Positions 51,632-64,000 of a stretch of DNA of 64,000 nucleotides are shown here, piece by piece. The stretch is from Octopus vulgaris (lineage: Eukaryota). The notes under the pieces were generated by a model. The model saw only the letters and a list, made by a program, of their open reading frames with translations, was not told the DNA's origin and made no database searches. The position numbers and the translations under genes are program-made. Within the stretch, counting starts at the first letter, position 1; every line of letters begins with the position of its first letter. The stretch is from NCBI GenBank assembly GCA_951406725.2, contig OX597824.1:71486001-71550000 (forward strand), given 5' to 3'.

Positions 51632-52689
51632 AACCCCATGTGTTTCCACCAATTACAATATTCCACCACCTCAAGTATTAATCTGTCTACTTTACGAATG
51701 TGGCACTAGTTGGTTTGGTTGTGTGTGTGAAACTCGTAGTTAATGTTGCAGTAAGTCAAGTGAAAACATGATACAACGAGCAAGTGGAGATGAAGTGGGT
51801 AATGATGTGGAGGGTGGAGCTACAAGCTGTAATTACTGTGTCAGGTGGCGGCAGTAATAGCAGAACAGTTTCCTGATTTTCTACACACACACTCACTCAC
51901 TTTGTCATCAGAATGTTTTGTCAACTGATTTTGTTTTCATTTGTAGGTGCGCATTTGTGTGTGTGTGTGTGTGTTACTGCTGCTAATCATGCTACGTATG
52001 CTGAATACACCACACACATATCAATATCAGTAGACACATAAATCAGTGATGTGTAAATGGCAACAATTCAAGATGGTTGTATTCTTAAGTAAAGAACCTG
52101 AAAGTGCATTTCAATAACCTATAGACGTGTGTGTGCGTATATGCACGTGTGTGTTTCAGTGTTTGTGTTTGCTCCAGACTACTCAACTGAAAAGGAGTTC
52201 CAGCCTTGTGTAGCCCCCACTTCTCTCTCTCTCTCTCTGTCTTCTCCTCCTCCTCCTCACAGCTATCACATCTTGGATATTCTGCTGGGTCAAAGTTGGG
52301 AGAGCCTTGAGTGTGACTGTGTCTGCTCGTGACGACACAGGCACTTAAAACACTAAGCAAAAGCATGATACATAATACAGTCATATTCGCTTGCAAGTGT
52401 CAGCAGTAGTTTTATATGTAATATTGTTCAGTGTTTAAGTTTGTGTTATTAATATTATTGTTACTCTTTATACAACTAATTTGCAAACTTAGTGAGAGAG
52501 CAGATTATTAACTAATTTAATTTACTGCTTACTAAGGAGAAAATTAAAGCTACACCTTTGTGAAAAGATAAAATTTAAGAATTGACCAAAAAGTGCTTAT
52601 CACCAAACTACAACTGATCTAACTGCTCTGAGTTCAAACTTTGCTCATGCAAAATACACCTTTAATTTTGCTTAATTCAAATAAAAATA

Positions 52690-52903
52690 TTGGTTTCAAA
52701 TTTTGGCACAAGGCCAGCAACTTCAGGGTAGGGGTAAGTCGATTATGTCAACACCAGTACTCAATTGGTACTTATTTTATCAACTCTGTAAGGATGAATG
52801 GTAAAGTTGACCTCGGTGAAATTTGAACTCAGAGCATAAAGACAGATATAATGCCGCTAAGCATTTTGCCCAGCTTGCTTACAATTCTGCCAGCTCACCA
52901 TCT
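52690..52903 (-). mobile_element. Family-B SINE
   Basis: Reverse complement of the family-B body. Confidence 0.75.
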
Positions 52904-55900
52904 TATTTCAAATAAAAATATTAAAAGGTTTATTTATTTTTTAAGTGAATAATTAGTGATGGTGGTGCCTGACATGGCAATAGTCCAGTGGCTGGTTCTG
53001 GTAACAGAATAATAATATATCCTTATCATTTTTTAGTCACATCCACTGCAGGAAGCAAAAGGCCAGGCATTTATCTGTAAAATAAGATTGTTCAAATAAT
53101 CTATACGTTTCCAATAGGTCATTTGACTACTATTATCACACTTGACTACTATTATTGAAAAAGGTGAGAGGCAGGAGAATGTTTAAATGAATAAAAAGTG
53201 TACAATAGGTGAGAAATTGGATTACAGGCTATCTGGTCTTGTGTTCAAACCTTAAAACATGATAGCTGTTTTTTTTTAAACTTATAAATCTGCTTGACTC
53301 TATGTATCTAGCTGATGACTGGTTCCACTTGAAGACAAAGCATAGAATTGTGAGAAAAAAAAACTTAGATTTAAAAATAATCTACCTAGCCCATGCTAAT
53401 TGGGGAAGAAAAACCATTACTATAAGAACAGTATGTGTAGCATGCACGAAACACAGCCCTTGTGTCATTTTTAGAATTTTGTGTGTGTGTGTGTGTGTTT
53501 TATCAAAAACAAGAGTCCAATGGAATGCATATCCTGTTTTACCCAAACACAAATCAGGGACAGATGTAATATTTTGTTGGATTCATTGTTTTTGATAAAA
53601 TATACTGACACATCACACTGAGTTTTTGATTCTAGATGGCTAGTCATATTTCTGTGAACTGGTTATACTATGTGTGTGTGTGTGTTTGTAACAGAGTAGG
53701 CTCCACTGAAACACACAAAGTGTCGGGTGTTAATGTGGGCAACAGATAAAGTATAAAGTTTCAAATTCAAAATTTGACTGAAATTGTAAAAGTCTTACAT
53801 ATAAAGTATTCTCTCTGTATCAGTCCTTCTTCATTTTATTTTTCCTAATCTTTCTCTTTTCTTCCTTACTATCTAACTTATCCTTTTGTTTAACCAAGTT
53901 GCTTTTCCTTACTTGGTTGATTTTAATACTGTTTCCTGGAAATGAAGATATTGTCTCCTATACCTGATTCGGTTGCTTTGTTCTCTACTGATCAATTAAG
54001 ATTGTGTACTTGTTAACGATTGATCACATTAGACTGGCTATCAGATTTATAGAAGCCAGTAAATTTGTATGGATCCAGACATGGCAGTATTGCAATCATG
54101 CAATTCCAGATTTGATTTTACTGCATGGAATTTTGGGTAAGTATCTTCTATGATAGCCTTGAGTTGACTCAACGAGTGAAACCAGGCCAGCAGAAACTAT
54201 GTGGAAGTCCATCAGGTATACTGTATCTGATCTGAGTTGGCAGGCTTTATTTGTCACCCACATTAAGACCACTTACTGTAACCTTGGATGCCTTTAGCAA
54301 GTCATTTGTTTTTGTAATTGCCTTTCCTCCACACATAAAGGAGGCCTTACAAAAGGTTATATGCACTTCCCTATTTCCTTTGCATATATATTTTTTAAAT
54401 CACAATGCTGGAACTACAATGCTTGTGCCCACTTAATTTCACTCTTTTGATACCAACCTGCCTGAGACCATGCCTGGTTTTATGATACAAACTTCTTGTT
54501 TAAATGTATTATAAATTAAAGTCTTCTATCAAAATTTCATGTCAGTTTATGTTCCAAACACCAGCTTGATAATGACAAAGTTATTTTACTAAATTTTTCA
54601 TTATTCTCTAAATTGGAACAAATACAGTGTATTTCATCAGAAATGTACCAGAATGGTTAAATATAATCCAGTGTATCAAACTGTAGATAGGTACTATGTA
54701 AAGTAGAGTTCAGCAGCAGATGTACTGATAAATTAAAAAATGGCTTTGTTATGTAGGTCTTATAGGCTGCATGCACCCTGCCATAACACTGCTTTACATA
54801 TTTATAGACTGGGACAGTGAGAATCAAATACTTTCGGCAATGGACACAGTACCTTGTCAGTTGCATGGTGCAAGCCATTGAATTGCAGTGTACTAGAATC
54901 TCATGTACATATAGTGTATGTTCATATATATATAAATATATGTACTCATGCACATATAGAGAGGAATAGAGGGCAGTATGTAATCATGATGGGGCACTAC
55001 TATGCTGTACTATATTATTATAATCAACTTTAACCTCCTTTTTTTAAACAGAAGGTGGTGGTGTATATGTGTAACCAAAAGACATTCTCAATTTTCTTTA
55101 GTATTATCAATTTGTTCCTGTTGTTTTGATGTTATAGTTTATGTGTATTATGATATCTTATTTTAATGTACTTGATCAGAACTGTATTGATATAGACACT
55201 TGAAACCTTGACATATATGTTTCATTATGTAAATATAGTTGTGTATATATGTATGTGTTTTTTTGTTGTGTAGCTCTATCAAACTTAGGAAGTATATAAT
55301 TTGTTGCTATTCCAAGAAAAAAAAACATGCAGACACTCCTTTGTTGGTTGGTATGTTTGCATGTGTGTGTATGTACACACACAGTTGTGTATGTGTGTGC
55401 ATACATACACACACGCTAATGATGGATTCTCTACCTCTGTTTCTCAACCATTTTTCTACCTATGGACCCCTTTGGCTCCTATTTTCTTGGATGGCCCCTT
55501 CTAGTCATTTGATATTTTAAAATCCTATTATATATTTTTATAATTGAATATTATTAGGAAAATTATATTTAAAAAAATTTTAATATTTTGTTCATTGTAG
55601 AAGTATAACCAGTTTATTACACGTGACAAAATCTGATATGGATCCTGGTTGAGAACCACGGTTCTACATGGTCACTTGGCCTGCTAGAAATAGCAACCAA
55701 ATTTCCTTCATCACACCCTACCAAGGATGTATTGGCTAATGTACTATACTGCTTGACAGTAAAGTTTAGGTGGTCATGTTTGGAGTGTCTTTGATTATTA
55801 GATCTGTTTGGTCTTGACTGTTCTACAGTTACACAACAAAAAAAATGCATTCATATTACATATTTATTTTATATATATGTGTGTGTGTATGTGTTTTTAT

Positions 55901-55926
55901 TCTCAAGCTTATTTTTATCTTTTTAG

Positions 55927-56058
55927 TCACTAGATGACTTTGAGTTCCTGAAGGTATTAGGCAAAGGAACATTTGGTAAAGTTATCTTGTGCCGAGAGAA
56001 AACTACCAGCGACCTTTATGCTATAAAAATTTTGAAAAAGGCTGTAATTGTTGCCAAG
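55927..56058 (+). CDS. AKT: Akt/PKB kinase exon (Gly-rich loop, catalytic Lys): [44 protein letters not shown]
   Basis: Acceptor tttatctttttag|, donor |gtaaaa, 132 nt, phase 0-0. Contains GKGTFGKV and YAIKILKK. Confidence 0.98.
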
Positions 56059-56232
56059 GTAAAAGAAATATTAAAAAAATTTTTTTTTTTTGTTAAACCT
56101 GCTTATGTGCAAAACCCTCACACCAGTGCACACTCATACACACCTACTCAATGTTTTTTCCTGTGTTATCCTTTGTTTGTCTCAGGTAAAACTTTCGTGG
56201 TTAATAAAGTAACTATTACTGTTATCATTATT

Positions 56233-57125
56233 AAGGCAGTGAGCTGGCAGAATTGTTAGCACACTGGACAAAATGCTTAGCAGTATTTCACCCATCGTTA
56301 CATTCTGAGTTCAAATTCCGCTGAGGTCAACTTTGCCTTTCATCCTTTCAGGGCTAATAAATTAAGTACCAGTGAAACACTGGGATCGATGTAATTAACT
56401 AGTTCCCTCCCCAACAATTTCAGGCCTTGTGCCTATAGTAGAAAGGATTATTATTATTATTAAAGTGGCAAGCCAGTAGAATCGTTAGCATGCTTGGCAA
56501 AATACTTAGTGGCATTTCATCCATTGCTACATTTCAAGTTCAAATCCCACTGAGGTGAACTTTGCTTTTCATTTGCTCGGGGTCGGTAAAATAAGTACCA
56601 GTTGAGAACTGGGGTTGATGTAGTCGACTTAACCCTCCTCCGAAATTGGTGGTCTTGTGCCAAAATTTGAAATCATTATTATTATTATTTTTATTATTGT
56701 GGCAAGCTGGCAGAATCATTAGCACCCCAGGCAAAATGCTTCACTACTTTATCTAGGTTTTACATTCTGAGTTCAAATACTACCAAGGCCGACTTTTCAT
56801 CCTTTTGTGGGGGGTCGATAAAATAAGTACTAGTCAGGCACTGAGGTTGATGTACTCAACTAGCTCCTGCTAAATTTTGTGCCTATAGTAGAAAGAATTA
56901 TTATTATGATTATTAGAGTAGGCAGAATCATTAAATCTTCGGAAAAGTTACTTAATGGTATTTCTTCTGTCTCTTTATGTTCTGAGTTCAAATCCTGCTG
57001 AGGTCAATTTCACCTTCCTTTCAGGGTTGATAAAATAATACCTGTCAAGCACTGGATTTGATGTAATCAACTAATCTCTTGCCACTAAAATTTCTGGCCA
57101 ATGCCAAAATTTGAAAAAATTATTA
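56233..57125 (+). mobile_element. Four head-to-tail family-B SINE copies separated by (ATT)n
   Basis: Units start at about 56233, 56462, 56700 and 56920. Each has gagttcaaat (or aagttcaaat), and the units differ substantially from one another. Confidence 0.85.
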
Positions 57126-57944
57126 TTTGTAGGCATGTCTGTGTGATTAAAAGACCATATGGTCTTGGGTTCAGTCCTACTGTGCAGTGCCTTAGGCTAA
57201 CCAAAAACCCTCTGAGTAGACTTAGTAGGCAAAAGCTGAAAGAAGCCCATCGTATACATATGCTTGTTTACATTTGTGTTTTTTTAAACATTTGGTCAGC
57301 CATGAGTGATAACATTGTTATTGTTTCCTCTGTAAACAAGATCATTTGCTGGTTTTGACCCTTCAAAGAACTGCAGAATACAATGTCCCTTACTTGAAAA
57401 ATCAGATATGGGTTATTTACTGGAAAGGCATCTGGTTATAAAACAATGCCTCAATTGTATATTCACCTCACCCATGCTAGCATGGAAAATGGATGTAAAA
57501 ATGAACATTTATTAATTGAAGTAGCTGAACATAAAATGGCTTGTGGTATTTGATAATGTTGCTTTTCATTCAGATCCCATCTGTCAACTTTGGTCTTTTA
57601 TCCTTCTGCATCAGTAAAATAAATAAGCAAGCATTTGGAGGTCAGTCTTATCAACTATCCTGTTTCTTCTAGAATTCCTTGCTTCATATGGCAAAATAAG
57701 CAACTACCATTATGATTTTCATTCTAATTAATATGTTCTTAAGCAAGTTAAGGTAACTTAACTTGTTTGATTATCAGTAGTCTCCACACCCTTTTCATGG
57801 TTGAGTGATTAGCTATAGGACAGGGGGCATGATTGAGTTATTAAAACAATCAACAATGACTAATAATGTGCAAAATATGTAATTATTTATATGTATTGTT
57901 GTTTTTTTATTTGTTTCTGATGATGTGCTTTTTTTCCCATACAG

Positions 57945-58010
57945 GATGAAATTGCTCATACTTTGACAGAAAACCGAGTTTTACAAAATACCAGGCATCC
58001 ATTTTTAACA
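57945..58010 (+). CDS. AKT: Akt/PKB kinase exon (alphaC): [22 protein letters not shown]
   Basis: Acceptor tttttcccatacag|, donor |gtaagc, 66 nt, phase 0-0. Translated by hand. Confidence 0.98.
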
Positions 58011-58945
58011 GTAAGCTTGTATTTGTCTTTATTTGAGCTGAAATTTGCACACACACACACACACACACACTTGTAAGTACTTGTGCACATACATATTTTT
58101 AATTCATACACACACAGATGTATGTCCATCCAGACTCAGGTGGCACTCCAACAGTTATAATGACGAGGTTTCCTGTTGATCTGATGAAGGGAACAACCTG
58201 CTCGTAAAATTAATGTGCAAATAGCTGAGTATGCTACAGTGTCCTCTTGAAATACAAGTACTAACTCATTTTTGCCAGCTGAGTGGACTGGAGCAACATG
58301 AAATAAAGTGTCTTACTCAAGGACATAATACACTGCCAAGAATCAAACTCATAAGTTGAATACCCTAATCACTAAGCCACGTGCCTTCACCATTCATACT
58401 CAGAAATGCACAAAAATGTATACACAAACAAGTAAAACTCACATAGATGCACTGGTCATGTAGCTGAAACCATGCTTGTTCTACACCCACAAACATCCTA
58501 GATCATATCTGATAGGAGGCCAGACACCTATCTATTTATCTGTCTTTCTTCTTCCTAATTAGCCACTACTACAATGACCTCTGCCCTTCTAGTCATAGCT
58601 GCATAACACCTTCAGCTAAGTCAACTCATTCCATTTACCTCCTCTCCTCCTATTATTCTTTCTGTATCTCATCTCCCAACCACACTGAGCATACCAATCC
58701 AGCTTTCCTTAGGATTCCACTCTCTGCAAGCTCCCCTACCCTTCTACTCCACATGACTCCCTCAAACATTTACTCACATATGTAAATTGAATATCAACTG
58801 TACCAGCTTAGGGAGTATATGGGTACTGTTCCGCCTCTTCTATTTGACATGATACAAATATATGCACACAAACACACAACATAAATGTCATTATTCTCCT
58901 TTCTTCACTCACCCACTCTCTTTCTCTCTTTTTATTTCCTTTCAG

Positions 58946-59137
58946 CAATTAAAATATTCATTCCAAACAGCAGATCGACTATGTTTTGTTATGGAATATG
59001 TGAATGGTGGAGAACTGTTTTTCCATTTATCGAGGGAGCGAGTATTCACTGAAGACAGAACACGTTTCTATGGTGCAGAGATAATTTCCGCATTAGGTTA
59101 CCTGCATGAAAACAATATAGTATACAGAGATTTGAAG
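58946..59137 (+). CDS. AKT: Akt/PKB kinase exon: [64 protein letters not shown]
   Basis: Acceptor tttcctttcag|, donor |gtaatg, 192 nt. Contains the hinge MEY and the catalytic loop YRDLK. Confidence 0.98.
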
Positions 59138-60320
59138 GTAATGTATCTTCCTCTGAGAATGATTTTGTTTACTTTTTTTTTTTTTTAATGATGGAGAAGA
59201 TGCCTGTATATATCTATTATACATAACACACACCCACACACACATGTATATTTGTATATCATGTAAAGATTAGGTTGAAAAACCCTGGATAGAAAAAATT
59301 CAAAGTCACATCTCCTGTGAACTTGACAAGTTTTCTACCATTGGGCCAAAGCGATCCTTCATATTTCTCTATCCAATTTAGAAACTTCATTTTTACCAGC
59401 AAGAATCATTTGTTGTTGATGTCATATGTGCTTTGAGACTTACCATTCCAGATAAAGGCCACCTAACTGATTGGCATAAAGTTGCTCGGACATGTCCCTG
59501 CTTCTGGCCCACAAATACATTGTCATCTTTCTCTGCCTTTTCTGCTGCTGCTGTAATGGCCTCTGTTCCTCAAAGCAGACCTGACAGAATTTGCACTTAG
59601 AACGTAAGGACAACCGAAATGCTGCTAAGGATTTCCCAGAGTCATAACAATTCTGTCGGCCTGCTGCCTTACTGTCCTCAGATAATAATAACAATAAAAA
59701 CAATCCCATATGTTATGGGGCACCATCCTTTGTGGAAGTAATTAGTTTTTAAATAGTACACACCACCTGATTGTTAATTACTACCATAACATGAAATGAA
59801 TGAATGCAGTTTTTTTTCCTGTATTAATGCATGTTTAAATTTTACCATGCATATAACTTTGAGAGGGATGACACAGACTGACTTGCCCTAGAACCTTTTT
59901 TTTCTCCTTAGTACAAGGGTTCATTTTAAATACATAAAAACCTATGGAGATATGTCTGTATTAAGAAAATGATATGCAAATGTATGCAAATTAAATATAA
60001 TTTGCTGTTTTTGCCTTAAGTGATAAAATTTTTTTTTTCCATGAGTTTTTAGAGACCTCATCTGTAGGCAGTTTTAAATTTGGATAGAGACAAAATTTTG
60101 ACTTTGATCAAAGTGTTCTCCTATGCTAGCCTAGATATTCTGCTTGAAGAGGATGTCTGTAGTAATGACTCTCCACCTTGATCAATGACGGTACTTGTGT
60201 ACTTGCATCTTATAGCCCTAAGAAAATTTCATTATTCAGGATTATCAGTATTTTGGTTTGTGTAAATGAAGATGCATAGATATACAAAGCCATTAATTCA
60301 TTAATAAACTGATTAATTAA

Positions 60321-60572
<252 letters not shown>

Positions 60573-63500
60573 TAACAGGAATTATTGTGACAATATCTTT
60601 TTTAGTTATTTATTCTGTGTTTCTGTAGCTTAGTAAATTTAGTTGCTATATAGTTGTGTTTGGGATTGAGTTCACAAATATATTCTAGCAACAAAAAAAG
60701 AAGCCTGTTGTTCAATAGTCTTAGCTACTGGGGCTCTTTTCTTTGCAGAATCATCGTCATCGTCATTTAAAGTTCATGTTCCATGCTGGGTGGGTTGGAC
60801 TGTTTGACAGGATCTGATGAACCTAAAGGCTGCATCATGCTTCAGTGTTTACTCTGTCATGGTTTCTACGGCTGGATACCCTTTGTAACACCAACCACTT
60901 TACAGCATGTACTGGATGCTTTTTTCATGCTACCAACACAAATGATAATTTAAAATTATATTTATTTGTATTTGACATGAAAGCTGAAACAAATGCAGAT
61001 TAGCAAACTACCCTAAAATGATTCATTGAAGTTTGTGAGTTTAGATAAGTTTGTATTCCATGAGCAGAAAAGAATTCTGATTGTTCTTTTTGCTCTCAAA
61101 GTATCAGTCTGAAAATATCAGCATATTCTTTTCCTTGTGGCCCAAACTCACAAACTTCCCTATATGTATTAGAACTAGCAAATTTATTCAGCTAAACATG
61201 TCTTGTGGTGAGATTAGCTAAGAGGAGAATTCCATTCAAAGTTCAATTAATGGGTATTGGCAACAAAATAAAACTAACAAGTGGTGTGTCTCTGGTATTA
61301 AGCATTGGTAGCTTGTTAACCTGTAATAGCTGCAGGAAGCTGCATGGCTTGTAGCTATCCAGTTAAGCAGCAATTGGACTTGTGGCATTAATTTTGTGCA
61401 TTGTTCAATAACTTGCAATATGCTGTAACATCAAGATATTGTGTTATTGTCAGTAAGTTGTATAGCTGAAATGATTGCTGTAAGACAATCTGCATAGCTA
61501 CTCTGTAGTGGCTGTTATTATCTGCTGCTAAAGTGATTTACTCTAGTGGTTATGCAACTGTCTGCAGGCCATTGAAATCCTGACAGTGAAAACAACTCAA
61601 TAAGTGAAATGACTTTTTTCTGTTATAAGATCTACCAGAACATACTACTGGTACATTACTGATTTTCTGGCAATTGATCTGGTACCTCTTTTTATTCAGA
61701 TAAAATTATGTGATAGCACATTGAAATTTCCTGTGGCCATTAATAAATAACTTTGTTGTTGTCAAGCTTTCATGACACAAATTTCTTTATTAACTTATAA
61801 CTTTTGGAGATGGAAACACTCTCCCTACACCTAGCTATCTACTAAATATGTGGGAAATTCTGTCTGTGGGTATGTTTGCGGAGTTGTTGGCTAACTCCTC
61901 CTATGTTGCTTTACCGATTTTCATGAAACTTGACACATGAGTAGAACTCGTGTCTGGAAACCTCATGGCATACTCAGATTGTTGGGAAAAAAAAACGATA
62001 ATAGGGCCCCTAGAAGGGATCCTTATATATATTTAATATATTTCATTTTAACAGCCAAGGGAAATAACCCATTCGCTCAGATTTTAACAGCCAAAGGAAA
62101 TAACCCATTCATTTTCCTAAATTATTTGGTATAACTCAAATTGAGTATTATTATTTCTTAGTATTTGAACTGTTCGATTTATTTTTGCAATTTATCCAGT
62201 ACAACCCTTAAACAAGTAAATAATATTTTCCTAAACAGTAGACCCACTTATTTTGGTTAGTGACTTATTCACGAATATACCAACACTAGTGCTGTTAAGA
62301 ATAATATTCTCTGGGAACACACAAAAGCCCTTTTCAGAGTTATTTACTTTGAATTGTTATTATCTCATATCTGATTAGCCTGTTATTATGTAACATGCTT
62401 CATGATTTTAGTATACATACCTTATTAGTATTTCCTCCTCAGTTCTATATACTCTTGGAATGCATTAGAGCCCTTTTTGGGGCTACTTTATTTGAATTCT
62501 TACTATCAGGTAACTAATTTTATGTTATTACATAACTGACTTCACAATTTGGGTATTCATATCTTATTGGGAATTCGTAAAAACAAGATCCTGTGTAGGA
62601 CAGTTCGGTATACTCTGTAACTGCACAGAAACAGTTTTAAGGGCTACATACTTTATATTGTTGTTATTGGATTAGCGAAATAATTATGAGAACAGAACCA
62701 AGGGATAAGCCCTGCTTTCCCAGAAATTACCAGTTATGTCAGCTAGTAATAACATAAAGATGCAAATATTTAAAACTAAATTTAACAACAAATGATAACC
62801 TTTGAAGGATCTTCTCTCTGTGAAGAACAGGTTAATAAATAACTTGCGTATATTGTGGAGAATATAGCATCCCAGTATGAAAGATGAAAAAGTAAATGTA
62901 AACCCTTTATAGTCCTGTGGGGTCCTAGTGGTTAGAAGTGTAGTGCATGACATTAGATTTTGTTTTAAATATTTGCATCTTCAGATTATTATGGCTGAAG
63001 GATTTGAAAATATTTCTAATTTTTATAACTTGTTTCTAGTGAATAAACAAGTGTGCCCTGAAAATTTAATAGCAAAAAGATTATTGGTACTGTGTCAGCA
63101 GTATTTCAGGTATTTACCTTGAATTACTGTTATGTGCCTTCTGTTAATCTGACAAAACAGATGATCTGGTGTAGTCTGAACTGAAAAGTATTGGATAATT
63201 GGTGGTGCGTCTAGTTTTCCAGAACCAAATTTCCTAATTTTTTTGCTGCATCACATAATGTAGTCTTCCTTTGTCTAGCACAAGTCGTTCACTACACATA
63301 CTACAATGCCAGGCACTGCGGTCATAGCTTGTAAGGTACCAGCAAACCAAATTTTGGATACAAGTTCTATTTCTGGTTGTAACTTATTTCAGTTACATTA
63401 TTTATGCCTTGAAACAATCGTGATCATCACAATTCTCATTCTCTTATCTCTTGAAGTCAGCAGGGTTCATGATCCACATGTGGATATTTCTATTTATGAA

Positions 63501-63658
63501 AAAAATACCAAACATATGAGACTCTTTTATATATAACAAAACATAAATATCCCAGCATGTTAAAATGAATGCTAATCACAAAGTAAATAATGAAATTATG
63601 TATATTTTTCTCTTTCGTTTCACTTCATTTCACCTTAGTGTTTTATCTCTTTCTTTAG

Positions 63659-63873
63659 GTACTTGAAGACAATGACTATGGGAGAGCTGTGGATTGGTGG
63701 GGGACGGGAGTTGTTATGTATGAAATGATGTGTGGTCGGTTACCTTTTTATAATCGTGACCATGACAAGCTGTTTGAACTAATCATTCTACAGCCCATAC
63801 GATTTCCTCGAACCCTTTCAGAAGAAGCTAAATCCTTATTAGATGGCCTTCTCATCAAAGACCCATCAAAAAG
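63659..63873 (+). CDS. AKT: Akt/PKB kinase exon: [71 protein letters not shown](R)
   Basis: Acceptor tctctttctttag|, donor |gtgagt, 215 nt, phase 0 to 2. The gene continues beyond the window. Confidence 0.98.
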
Positions 63874-64000
63874 GTGAGTTCGAATTTTTTCAGATTTTTA
63901 AAAATGTTTTGTTTTGTTTTTATTCAGTCACAGAAATAAATACCATTTACATACCACTAGCATCACCAACATTGACTTGGTACTATTTGGCATGTAGTAA

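Larger units (their letters stand above)
16352..55926 (+). other. Very large (39.6 kb) phase-0 intron at the Akt PH-kinase linker
   Basis: GT at 16352 and AG at 55925-55926. Joining the flanking exons gives the in-frame ...SRKKV|SLDDFEF... Confidence 0.9.

Noticed and set aside
51433-51743. ORFs with EEKGLY and HKALFP repeats
   Set aside because: By-product of the 18-bp minisatellite. No convincing splice or coding context.
52068-52100. ATG-initiated MATIQDGCILK, superficially like an Akt N-terminus
   Set aside because: Ends in a stop, and the nearby GT is out of phase with the kinase exon.

Overview
AT-rich, microsatellite- and SINE-dense animal genomic DNA. The SINE families look like those of Octopus (recognised from memory, not searched). 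The window lies entirely inside one + strand gene, the Akt/PKB kinase. Eight canonical GT-AG coding exons are visible (1041-1163, 11001-11112, 16255-16351, 55927-56058, 57945-58010, 58946-59137, 60345-60473, 63659-63873) and splice in frame from the PH domain to kinase subdomain X/XI. The ATG exon and the C-terminal exons lie outside the window. Almost all other ORFs in the track are spurious or TE relics (Helitron, Gypsy, mariner, RTE, Penelope, hAT and piggyBac-type MITEs, three tRNA-type SINE families). The most interesting signal is in the 39.6-kb phase-0 intron at the PH-kinase linker. It holds several short, frame-preserving AG...GT segments (9/15, 18, 18 and 15 nt) in T-rich islands lacking recognisable TEs, which are candidate microexons. 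It also holds stop-containing candidate poison exons, a degenerate Penelope-type hammerhead ribozyme motif and long fold-back structures that could be ADAR substrates. All of these are sequence-only predictions and need RNA-seq.
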